A stretch of DNA of 64,000 nucleotides from Chiloscyllium plagiosum (taxonomy: Eukaryota), in the NCBI RefSeq assembly GCF_004010195.1, contig NC_057720.1, positions 27,901,473-27,965,472 of the forward strand. The letters run 5' to 3'. Positions 37,401-48,937 of this stretch are shown piece after piece. The first letter of the stretch is position 1; every line of letters begins with the position of its first letter. The notes beneath the pieces were generated by a model that had not been told where the DNA came from, searched no databases, and saw only the letters and a list, made by a program, of their open reading frames with translations. The position numbers and the translations under genes were made by a program.

Positions 37401-40336
37401 GAGCCTTTGACATTGATCTTTAAATTGTCATTGTCTACAGGAATAGTGCCAGAAGACTGGAAGATAGCAAATGTGGTTCCCCTGTTCAAGAAGGGGAGTA
37501 GAGACAATTAGAGAGTAATTATAGACCAGTGAGCCTTACTTCAGTTGTTGGTAAAGTGTTGGAAAAGGTTCTAAGAGATAGGATTTATAATAATCTAGAA
37601 AAGAATAATTTGATTAGGGATAGTCAGCACGGTTTTGTGAAGGGTAGGTCGTGCCTCACAAACCTTATTGAGTTCTTTGAGAAGATGACCAAACAGGTAG
37701 ATGAGAGTAAACTGGTTGATGTGGTGTATATGGATTTTAGCAAGGCGTTCGATAAGGTTCCCCACAGTAGGCTATTGTATAAAATAAGGAGGAATGTGAT
37801 TGTGGGAGATATAGCAGTTTGGATCAATAATTAATTGGCTTGCTGAAAGAAGACAGAGGGTGGTGGTTGATGGGAAATATTCATCCTGGAATCCAGTGGT
37901 ATACAGCAAGGGTTGGTGTTGGGTCCACTGCTGTTCATCATTTTTATAAACTACCTGGATGAAGGTGTAGAAGGGTGGGTTAGTAAATTTGCAGATGACA
38001 CAAAGGTCAGTGGAGTTGTGGATAGTGACGAAGAATGTTGTAGGTTACAGAGAGACATAGATAAGCTGCAGAGCTGGGCTGAGAGGTGGCAAATGGAGTT
38101 TAATGCGGACAAGTGTGAGGTGATTCACTTTGGTCGGAATAACCGGAATGCAAAGTACTGGGCTAATGGTAAGGTTCTTGGTAGTGTAGATGAGCAGAGA
38201 GATCTCGGTGTCCAGGTACACAGATCCTTGAAAGTTGCCATCCAGGTTGACAGGGTTGTTAAAAAGGCATACAGTGTTTTAGCTTTTATTAATAGAGGGA
38301 TCGAGTTTCGGAACCATGAGGTTATGCTACAGCTGTACAAAACTCTGGTGCAGCCACACTTGGAGTATTGTGTACAGTGCTGGTCATCACATTTTAAGGA
38401 TGTGGAAGCTTTGGAAAGGGTGCAGAGGAGGTTTACTAGGATGTTGCCTGGTATGGAGGGTAGGTCTTATAAGGAAAGGCTGAGGGACTTGAGGCTGTTT
38501 CGTGGAGAGAAGGTTGAGAGGTGACTTAATAGAGACATATAAGATAATCAGAGGGTTAGATAGGGTGGACAGGGAGAGCCTTTTTCCAAGTATGGTGATG
38601 GCGAGCACGAGGGGGCATAGCTTTAAATTGAGGAGTGATAGATATAGGACAGATGTCAGAGGTAGTTTCTTTACTCAGAGTAGTAAGGGTATGGAATGCT
38701 TTGCCTGCAACGGTAGTAAATTCGCCAACTTTAAGTGCATTTAAGTCATCATTGGACAAGCATATGGACGTACATAGACTGGTGTAAGTTAGATGGGCTT
38801 CAGATTGGTATGACTGGTCGGCGCAACATCGAGGGCCGAAGGGCTTGTACTGCGCTGTAATGTTCTATGCTCTATAAGGTGCTGGTAGACTGGAGGTTGG
38901 GTTACGTGGTGCCACTATTTAAGAAAGGTGGTAAGGACAAGGCAGGGAACTATAGACTGATGAGCCTGATGTCGGTGGTGGGCAAGTTGTTGGAGGGAAT
39001 CCTGACGGACAGGATTTACGTGTATTTGGAAAGGCATGGACTGATTAGGGATAGTCAGCATGGCTTTGTGCATGGGAAATCACGTCTCACAAACTTGAGT
39101 TAAGTTTTTTGAAGAAGTAACAAAATGGATTGATGAGGGCAGAGTGGAGGATGTGATCTATATGGACTTCAGTAAGGCGTTTGTCAAAGCTCCTCATGGG
39201 AGACTGATTAGCAAGGTTAGATCTCATGGAATACAGGGAGAACTAGCCATTTGGAGAAAGAACCAGCTCAAAGGTACAAGACAGAGGGTGGTGGTGGAGG
39301 GTTGTTTTTCAGACTGGAAGCCTGTGACCAGTGGAGTGCCACAAGGATCGGTGCTAGGTCCATTACTTTTCATCATTTATATAAATGATTTGGATGTGTG
39401 TCTAAGACGTGTAGTTAGTAAGTTTGCAGATGACACCAAAATTGGATGTATAGTTGACAGTGAAGAAGGTTACCTCAGATTACAATGAGCTCTTGATTAG
39501 ATAGGCCCATGGGCTGAGGAGTGGCAGATGGAGTATAATTTAGATAAATGTGAGATGCTGCATTTTGGGAAAGCAAATCTTAGCAGTACTTATATACTTA
39601 ATGGTAAGGTCTGAGGGCGTGTTGCTGAACAAAGAGACCTTGGAGTGCAGGTTCATAGTTCCTTGAAAGTACAATCGCAGATAGATAGGATAGTGAAGGC
39701 AGCATTTGGTGTGCTTTCTTTTATTGGTCAGAGTATTGAGTACAGCAATTGGGAGGTCATATTGCGACTGTACGGGACATTAAGGCCACTTTTGGAATAT
39801 TGCATGCAATTCTGGTCTCCTGTTTGGAAGGATGTTGTGAAACTTGAAAGTGTTCAGAAAAGATTGACAAGGATGTTACCAGGGTTGGAGGGATTGAGCT
39901 ATAGGGAGAGGTAAATAGTCTGGGGCTGTTTTCTCTGGAGCGTTGGAGGGTGAGGGGTGACCTTATAGAGATTTATAATATCGTGAGGGGCATGGGTAGG
40001 ATAGACAGCCTTTCCCATGGGGTGGGGGAGTCCAGAACTAGAGGGTGTAAGTTTAGTGTGAGGGGGAAAGATATAAAAGAAACGTAAGGGGCAACCTTTT
40101 CACACAGCAGGTGGTACATATATGGAATGAGCTGCCAGAGAAAGTGGTGGAGGCTGATACAGTTGCAACATTTAAAAGGCATCTGGATAGGTATATGAGT
40201 AGGAAGGGTTTGGAGGGATATGGGCCGGGTGCTGGCAGGTGGGACTGGATTGGGTTGGAATATCTGGTCAGCATTGATGAGTTGGACTGAAGGGTCTGTT
40301 TCTGCGCTGTACATCTCTATGACTCTGACTGTATAT
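34413..40336 (+). mobile_element. CR1-like LINE (long: EN + RT + 3' UTR) inserted in the 5' LTR and itself split at 36022/38877
   Basis: [59 protein letters not shown]; (GACTCT)n-like tail; LTR sequence resumes at 40337. Confidence 0.9.
36023..38876 (+). mobile_element. Younger CR1-like LINE ORF2 (EN + RT) nested in the previous CR1, with about 100 bp of unrelated sequence at its 5' end
   Basis: RGGGVALLVKD, GVFYRPPNS, FGDSDHNS, KSPGPDGIYPR, YMDFSKAFDKVPH, FADDTKV; the outer CR1 motif IVT..(E)VLVDWRL is split around it. Confidence 0.9.
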
Positions 40337-40819
40337 GTTTGAATTTAGAAAAAGCCAATGACACAAGCCGATGCTTTGGGGGTATAAGACTGGGGAAAAT
40401 TGAACAGCTGGGAGGAGAACTGCCAAACCATCAGCATCTGCAGACTGCCCAAAGAATAGTTCTCTTAAAGATACCTTTTATCGATCAGTAACCTGTGAAG
40501 CAGAATCCCTAAGAAGAAGACCGAGAAAGACAAAACGAGAAGATTTGACATCTGCCTGGTTTTGAAAAGTTGAAATTTGGTAAATCTGAATCAGGGGTTT
40601 TATCGGACTTGTGTTATCGAAGGGAAAGTAAAAGATAGGTTAGAGGAAGGAGTTGTAAATAGTTAGTCAATTATTCCCTTTTATCCTTTAAAAATTAACA
40701 ACTCTATTTAATTTAAATAGTACTTGGCCTGTTAAATTTTCACAAATTACTGTATGGGATAAATCTTTGTGTTGCTGGTTTAAATTAAGCAGGAGGGTTT
40801 ACCCCGTGACGTAACAGTT

Positions 40820-40837
40820 TGGGGGCCAGTCTGGGAT
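40820..40837 (+). promoter_or_regulatory. Primer-binding site complementary to the tRNA-Pro 3' end (with a second degenerate copy at 40848-40867)
   Basis: TGGGGGCCAGTCTGGGAT vs canonical TGGGGGCTCGTCCGGGAT, 3 nt after LTR end GTAACA. Confidence 0.75.
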
Positions 40838-43800
40838 TTGAATGGTTTGGGGGCTTCTGTCCGCGATTTGAACATGTTAGGTCTTGGATTTGTGATTTAA
40901 ATTGGTTGAGACAGATTTGAATAGATTTCGGGGTATGAAAACTCCCACCAGTTTTAAACCCTTTCTGGTCAGTGTCCTAGATCTTTAAATAAAATGTAGG
41001 TGAGGCAATTTGTTTAATTTTAGTGACTTGTAGTTAATTAAAAGTGAGAAAAATGGCTCTTATAATTGCTAAAGAAGTTCTGGTATTTGAAGATGATTCT
41101 CTAATTTGCCAAGGAAGTTTAGAATGAAAAAGAAAGGCCATACTTTCCGAATTAGCAAATAAGTTAGATTTGGGTCTAACCAAGGACAAAAGTAAAGCTG
41201 AAATTATAAGGGAGTTATTCAAACACTTAGCTGTGTCAGAGAAACAGATAAGTGCAGTCGAGGTAGAAAAATTACAATTGAGGAAAATGGAGTTAGAAGA
41301 TAAACAGAGAAAGAACGACGAAAGAGAGAGAGAGAACGTTCTTAGCTGAGCAGAGAGAGAAGAAAGGGAAGAGAGAAAGAGAGAGGAAAAAGAAGGAAGG
41401 ACAGGGTTCTTAGCTGAGCAAAAAGAGAATTTGAACTTGAGAAGTTGTAACTCAATCAGCAAAGTCATGTTAACAGGATGGAGATTAAAAGAGAAGGTGA
41501 TGACATAGAAAATATGTCAACATTCTGCCACATTTTCATGAGACAGATGTTGAAGCCGCCTTTATTTTATTTGAAAAATTGGCTCGGCAGATGGAGTGGT
41601 CTGAGGATTTATGGGTAATGCTAGTTCAGACTAAACTGATTGGCAGAGCAAGTGAGGTATTTGCTGTGCTGCCAGATGGGAGGTCAAGAAAGGATAAAGA
41701 GGTAAAACAGGGTGTTTTAAGGGCTAATGAATTGACACCAGAAGCATTATAGACAGTGGTTCAGAAACACAAAGAAGGAACCAGGACAGACTTATGTTGA
41801 GTTCAACAGAATTAAACATAGTCCTTTTGATCGATGTATGTGTTTTGAAAATAGATCAGACCTTTTGAAGCTCTAAGATTATTCTGCTGGAGGAGTTTAA
41901 AAACTCACTTCCAGAGATGGTAAGGATTCACATGGAGGAACAAAGTTCGGAAGTGAGAAGGCAGCAGAATTAGAGATAAATACATGTTGGTGGATAAGAC
42001 CAGCTTCTGGCCAGAATTTCGTCCTGTGAGGGACAGAAGTTGGGAGAAAGGGAGATCCTACACTACGAAACCAAGAGTAGACAGCACTGGTAAGAATTTA
42101 CCACAGGATACAAAAGAAGCCCAAGAGGGTGGAAAGGAGATGAAAGGCCTCAGATGTTTGCACTGTGCTAAAGTGGGACATGTAAAGTCACAGTGCTGGT
42201 TGTTAAAGAAAGGTGCTGTGGGAAAAGATGTGTAAAAGAAGCTAAGCCAGTGGCGTTAGTGAAGGTAGTAAAAGATATCACAAGAGCTGAGGAACTGCAG
42301 GAGAGCCGAGACAGGGGCTGAGTATGCTAAACTTCTGTCCATCTATCCCATAAATTACCATACTTTCAGATAATAGATCAGAAGGAGCACATATTCGCTC
42401 ATTCCTTACTATCAGTGACTGGTTAGATCCTGTATCTCTACAAATAATTCACCTCTGTAGGTAAAGTTTACTCAGAAACATTAGGGGGAGAAGGACAAGG
42501 AGTTATAATTTTGAGAGATACAGGATGTAACCAGTCACTGATAGTAAGGAATGAGCGAATATGTGCTCCTTCTGATCTATTCTCTGAAAGTATGGTAATT
42601 TATGGGATAGATGGACAGAAGTTTAGCATTCCCCTATGTAAGATTAGGTTGGAGTGCCAACTCAAGACTGGGGAAGTTACAGTGGGAGTGATTGACAGTC
42701 AGTTCCAGGAATTCAGTTTGTTCTTGGGATTATTTGGCAGGATCCAAGGTGGGAGTGACACCCTTTGTTGTGGAGAAACCAAAGGAAGACCAACAAACTG
42801 AGGATTTAAAACAAATATCCTGCTATTTTCCCAGACTCTGTGTGCTAATCAGATCCCACTATCATAAGTCACAGCATGAAGTGAAAAGTAAATAGAAAGA
42901 TGAAGGAGTTGAGGTTCAGTTAGCAGATACCCTGTTTGATGTAAAGGCGAAGGAAAACCTGAACAGGCAGAGGGTCAGACAGAAATGTTTAGTCCTGAAA
43001 GACTAAGAGACTTGCAACAGCAGGACAAGACGGTAAGAGATATATATGCGGATACATACTCCGAAAAGGAGGCAGAGAATTTTCCGGAAGGTTGTTATCT
43101 GAAAGATAGAATCCTAAGACTGGAATGGAGACCACGGCAGGTTAGTGCAGAGGAGAAATGGGCCGAAGTGCACCAGATTGTGTTGCCGATAGCTTATGGG
43201 CAGGAAGTGTTACGGGTAGCACATGAACTATCTGTCGGAGGTCACCTCGGGGTACGAAAGACTCAGGCAAAGATATAAAAACATTTTTATTGGCCTGGAA
43301 TGCCAATAATTGATTGTGTAGGTTCCCTCCCGAGAACCCAAAGTGGGAACCAGTACTTGTTAACCATAATGGCTGTGTCTACCAGATTTCTGGAGGCAAT
43401 TTCATTGCAGAGTATCAGGGCAAAAAGTGTAGTAGAAGAGTTAGTAGCTTTCTTCACAGTATGGGCTACGCAGAGAGATTCAGTTGGACTGAGGGTCAAA
43501 TTTTACTGCTAGGCAGTTTAAGGAGGTCATGGATAGCTTCGGTATACAGCACTTTAAATCCGGTGTGTACCAGGGAGCTTTAGAAAGGTGGCATCAGACC
43601 TTGAAGACCATATTGAGAGCGTTACTGTCAGGACTACCCGAATGATTGGGATAAAGGCATCCCATTTGTTTTGTTTGCCTTTTGGGGTGCCCCAAATGAA
43701 TCTACTCAGTTCATTCCCTTCGAGTTAATATTTGGGCATGAAGTGAGAGGTCCTTTGAAATTAGTGAAAGAAAAATTGACAGGACCAAAGTTGGAAACTC

Positions 43801-44492
43801 ACCCTTAGATTATGTAGCGGAAGTGAGGGAGAGATTAAATAGAGTAGGTGAGCTAACGAAACGATACCTACGGAGGGGACAGTGTAGGATGAAGCAGGTG
43901 GCAGATAAAAACTCTGAGACTCGGACGTTAGCCCGAGGGGATGATGTGTTAGCACTGTTACTAGTGATAGGAGATTCCTCCAAAGCCAGTTTTAGTGGTC
44001 CCTATCAAGTTTGGAAAAAGTTGAGTATGGTGAACAATCTAGTAAAGTTGCCAGATAGAAAAGTTATTGGGTATGTCATGTGAACATATTGAAACCATGT
44101 GAGGAGTCAAATCCAGATGATGTGGATTTTGATGTGCCTCAAAATAGATTTAAAAAAATGAAGTACTTGAGGAGTGGGAATAGGTTTGTAAGCTATCTGT
44201 CTCAGGAACATAAAGCGCAGTTGAAAGAGAAAGTCTGACAAATTACCAAGTTGAACTCAATGCATGTTACTGGCAAGTATCAGAGATGACGAAAGAAATT
44301 TCTGCATTTGTAACCCCAAATGGGCTTTATCAGTTTAAAGTGATGCCCTTTGAAATTAAGAACGCATCTGCCACGTTCCAAAGACTCACGAACAGAGTTG
44401 TGGGCTGGGTTAACAAACTCTGCAGTCTATTTGGATGATGGTTTTGAAAAGTTTGGTGAAGCTAAAACTGGCTTAGTGGTTAATATGGCTTC

Positions 44493-45735
44493 TGTTATGG
44501 ACTAAGCCAGACCACTCAAGACATTCTTAAGCAGGCAGCTCAGACCGTAACTTTGCAATTGGTTTTGGTAAGGTCACTTCAGGTAATTCAATGAAAATTA
44601 CCAGATTAAGTTAGTGAGGTTGACTACTAGATTTTAAAACAGACAAAAATTTATTCACAAAATTACACAATGAAACACAAAGAACAGAATGAAGAACCTA
44701 CAGAACTCAGCCTATCCAAGTAGACTTAATTATGCTGTTCCGAATGTACACAACAGTCCCAATAAGCAAACTGCCTTTACAAACTAGAATAAATAGAACA
44801 CGTGCTTACAGGTTGAAGGGCAGAAAAGACAGCGAGTTTTCACACCACTCCTTATTGAATCTCCAATCAGTTAAAGACTAAACTAAAACTGCCCAGCTCA
44901 GTTAGAGAGCTGACTACTCCTATTTCTTTGTACAGGTCACTTCTAATACATGAGGAGAAAGTGAGGTCTGCAGATGCTGGAGATCAAAGTTGAAACTTTA
45001 TTGCTGGAACAGCACAGCAGGTCAGGCAGCATCCAGGGAACAGGAGATTCGACGTTTCGGGCACAGGCCCTTCTTCAGGGCACATCTTTAGTAAATCCTG
45101 GAAAGATCATATGGTACAGTTGGCAGAGCTCTTTGAATGACTACAAGAAGCAAAACTGGTAATAAACTTAAATGGGAATTTGCGAAAGCAGAGGTGACGT
45201 TCTTGGGACATAACATCGGTCATGGAAGGCTGACACCACTGAATGCAAAGACTAACATCATCGAGGAATCTCCATCATCAACCTCTAAGAAAGACGTGCT
45301 TTGATTCTTAGGACACAGGACTCTATTGGAAGTTTGTTTCAAACGGCAGCAGTGTAGTGGCACCGTTAACCAATTTGCTGAAGAAGAACACAAAGTTTTG
45401 ATGGACAGAACCATGCCAGGAGGCATTTGACCATTTGAAAGTATCACAAAGCTAGTCCCTTTTTTTTTCTAAAAGCTGTTTCTTAGCTCATGGAGACTCT
45501 GTCCCTGATTCTTTTCAGGGGACAATAAACCTGGCCAGGCTCCGATCAGTCTGGTTCTGTACAGAGATGTAAAGGATTTTGACGCCTTTTGTTTATATGC
45601 AAACAGATAAGACTTCAGGCCAAAGTGGGTCATGTATTAGAAGTTGAAACTTTATTGCTGGAACAGCACAGCAGGTCAGGCAGCATCCAGGGAACAGGAG
45701 ATTCGACGTTTCGGGCACAGGCCCTTCTTCAGGAA
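44493..45735. mobile_element. Solo LTR (same family as 9792-10441) with a PLE hairpin insertion, broken into two oppositely oriented halves (44493-45079 and 45442-45735)
   Basis: 44493-44953 aligns to 9792-10247; 45442-45644 is the reverse complement of 10233-10441; PLE arms at 44952-45079 and 45641-45735. Confidence 0.85.
45702..45735 (-). ncRNA. Minimal hammerhead-ribozyme-like motif (same core also at about 45048-45079)
   Basis: Minus strand UUC-CUGAAGA-A-GGGC(CUGU)GCCC-GAAA-CG-UC-GAA; 3-bp stem I UUC/GAA. Confidence 0.62.
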
Positions 45736-46685
45736 GTTTGGTACTGTTCTTACAACATTTTAATGTGTATGCCATGAACAATGTCAGAGACGGTTGTGTA
45801 CATGGATCACAATCCTCTTACATTCTTAGAATACTTTAAAGACAAGATTATGAGACTATTTTGTTATAGTCTTATGTTACAGACTTTAATTTTAGAATCA
45901 TACATGTTGCAGGTCCTAAGAATGTAATCACAGATACATTATCGTGGATTTAACTGATAAAGTTTCGATTAAATTTATCTTTACTTAATGTTATATACAT
46001 ATTTACAGTGACATGGGAAAAAGTTAAGGTGAACTTAGATTAAACTTATTTGTATGTTTGGGTAATGTGTTTAAAGAATAGAAAAAGTGAAGCCATCTTT
46101 TCATTATGAAAGTTCTTTTTTTCTTAAGTGGGGAGGGATTATGAATATGTGGCTGTACTCTACCTTTTGAGAGTTAAAAGCTAGCAGAACTACCTGACAA
46201 GATATAATGTAATCTTTTTTGTTCAGTAATTAGGGTAGCTGGTTGCCTGGAAATGACAAAACAGATTTGAATTAGGCCAATCAGGTTAAATTATACTCCA
46301 AAAAATACCAAACTCCAATCAAGTTTGAATTTAGTATATTGACAATCTTAAAAGCCGATGACACAATCCAATGTTTTAGGGATATAAGACCGAGGAAAAT
46401 TGAACAGTTGGGAGGAAAACTGTCAAGTCACCAGCATCTGCAGACTACCCACAGAATAACTCTCTTAAAGGTACCTTTATCGATCAGTAACCTGTGAAGC
46501 AGAAATCCCTAAGAAGAAGAAAAGATGACAGATGAAGACATAACAAGAAGATCCAACATCTGGTTGGTTTTGAAAAGTTGAATTTTGATAAATCTTAGTC
46601 GGGGGTTTTATCGGACCAGTGTTATAGAAGGGAAAGTAAAAGATAGGTTAGAGGAAGGAGTTTAAATAGTTGCTAGTCAATTATT

Positions 46686-48674
46686 AGAGTCATAGAGATG
46701 TACAGCATGGAAACAGACCCTTCAGTCCAACCCGTCCATGCCGACCAGATATCCCAATCCAATCTAGTCCCACCTGCCAGCACCCGGCCCATATCCCTCC
46801 AAACCCTTCCTATTCATATACCCACCCAAATGCCTCTTAAATGTTGCAATTGTACCAGCCTCCACCACATCCTCTGGCAGCTCATTCGATACACGTACCA
46901 CACTCTGCGTGAAAACGTTGCCCCTGAGGTCTCTTTTATATCTTTCCTCTCTCACCCTAAACCTATGCGCTCTAGTTCTGGACTCCCCGTCCCCAGGGAA
47001 AAGACTTTGTCTATTTATCCTATCCATGCCCCTCATAATTTTGTAAACCTCTATAAGGTCACCCCTCAGCCTCTGACGCTCCAGGGAAAACAGCCCCAGC
47101 CTGTTCAGCTTCTCCCTGTAGCTCAGATCCACCAACCCTGGCAACATCCTTGTAAATCTTTTCTGAACCCTTTCAAGTTTCACAACATCTTTCCGACAGG
47201 AAGGAGACCAGAATTCCACGCAATATTCCAACAGTGGCCTANNNNNNNNNNNNNNNNNNNNNNNNNNNNNNNNNNNNNNNNNNNNNNNNNNNNNNNNNNN
47301 NNNNNNNNNNNNNNNNNNNNNNNNNNNNNNNNNNNNNNNNNNNNNNNNNNNNNNNNNNNNNNNNNNNNNNNNNNNNNNNNNNNNNNNNNNNNNNNNNNNN
47401 NNNNNNNNNNNNNNNNNNNNNNNNNNNNNNNNNNNNNNNNNNNNNNNNNNNNNNNNNNNNNNNNNNNNNNNNNNNNNNNNNNNNNNNNNNNNNNNNNNNN
47501 NNNNNNNNNNNNNNNNNNNNNNNNNNNNNNNNNNNNNNNNNNNNNNNNNNNNNNNNNNNNNNNNNNNNNNNNNNNNNNNNNNNNNNNNNNNNNNNNNNNN
47601 NNNNNNNNNNNNNNNNNNNNNNNNNNNNNNNNNNNNNNNNNNNNNNNNNNNNNNNNNNNNNNNNNNNNNNNNNNNNNNNNNNNNNNNNNNNNNNNNNNNN
47701 NNNNNNNNNNNNNNNNNNNNNNNNNNNNNNNNNNNNNNNNNNNNNNNNNNNNNNNNNNNNNNNNNNNNNNNNNNNNNNNNNNNNNNNNNNNNNNNNNNNN
47801 NNNNNNNNNNNNNNNNNNNNNNNNNNNNNNNNNNNNNNNNNNNNNNNNNNNTCTGAAAAACAACCCTCCACCACCACCCTCTGTCTGCTACCTTTGAGCC
47901 AGTTCTGTATCCAAGTGGCTGGTTCTCCCTGTATTCCATGAGATCTAACCTTGCTAATCAGTCTCCCATGGGGAACCTTGTCGAACACCTGACTGAAGTC
48001 CATATAGATCACATCTACTGCTCTGCCCTCATCAATCTTCTTTGTTACTTCTTCAAAAAGCTCAATCAAGTTTGTGAGACGTGATTTCCCACACATAAAG
48101 CCATGTTGACTATCCTGAATCAGTCCTTGCCTTCCCAATACATGTACATCCTGTCCCTCAGGATTCTCTCCAACAACTTGCCCACCTTCGAGGTCAGGCT
48201 CACCGGTCTACAGTTCCCTGGCTTGTCTTTACCGCCCTTCTTGGCACCACATTTGCCAACCTCCAGTCTTCTGGCACCTCACCTGTGACTATTGATGATA
48301 CAAATATCTCAACAAGAGGCCCAGCAATCACTTCTCTAGCTTCCCACAGAGTTCTCTGGTACACCTGATTAGGTCCTGGGGATTTATCCACCTTTAACCG
48401 TTTCAAGACATCCAGCACTTCCTCCTCTGTAATCTGGACATTTTGCAAGATGTCACCATCTATTTCCCTACAGTCTACATCTTCCATATCCTTTTCCACA
48501 GTAAATACTGATGCAAAATATTCATTTAGTATCTCCCCCATTTTGAGGCTCCACAAAAAAGCAGCCGTGCTAATCTTTGAGGGGCCCTATTCTCTCCCTA
48601 GTTACCCTTTTGTCCTTAATATATTTGTAAAAAACCTTTGGATTCTCCTTAATTGTATTTGCCAAAGCTACCCG
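46686..48674 (-). mobile_element. CR1-like LINE inserted in the 3' LTR, spanning a gap
   Basis: KSPGPNQVY, SQHGFMCGKSRLTNLIE, RPLLEYCVEFWSP; TSD ATTATT at 46680-46685 and 48675-48680. Confidence 0.9.
47242..47851. other. Assembly gap (N run)
   Basis: Run of N. Confidence 1.
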
Positions 48675-48937
48675 ATTATTCTCTGTTATACTTTAAGAAA
48701 CAAAATAACAACATGATCAAGCTGGAAAAATTCCACCTCATCTCAGTTCAAAGGGTTGTCCTTTCACTCCGAGGTTGTGCCCTGAGGACTAAGACTCTCC
48801 TATGAGTGGAAACATCTTCTCCATGGTCCTGCTATTCAAGCCTCTCATATACTGTAGATTTCATTCAGATTCTCCCCCTCATCCATCTTAAACTCTGAGA
48901 ACAGATCCAGAGTCCTCAACTGCTCCTCATATGATAA

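Larger units (their letters stand above)
34208..48710 (+). mobile_element. Near-complete degenerate Gmr1-like Ty3/Gypsy provirus: 5' LTR (34208-34412 + 40337-40816), gag 41053-42235, PR about 42490-42780, IN about 43140-44080, RT/RNase H about 44255-45953, 3' LTR (46137-46685 + 48675-48710)
   Basis: Two homologous LTRs; zinc knuckle CLHCAKVGHVKSQC; protease ILRDTG; integrase HELSVGGHLG, IDCVGSLP..NQYLLTIM, LERWHQTLK, GPY; RT FVTPNGLYQFKVMPF..VYLDD; RNase H DHNPLTFL..IHVAGPKNVITDTLS; PPT AAGTGGGGAGGG at 46126-46137. Confidence 0.92.
33995..48935 (-). mobile_element. CR1-like 3' tail split by the Gmr1-like provirus (33995-34207 and about 48720-48935)
   Basis: GAGTTCCACAGATGCACCC at 34207 continues as GCTGGAAAAATTCCACCTCATCTCAGTT near 48720, colinear with the similar tail at 2700-2760. 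Confidence 0.65.
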
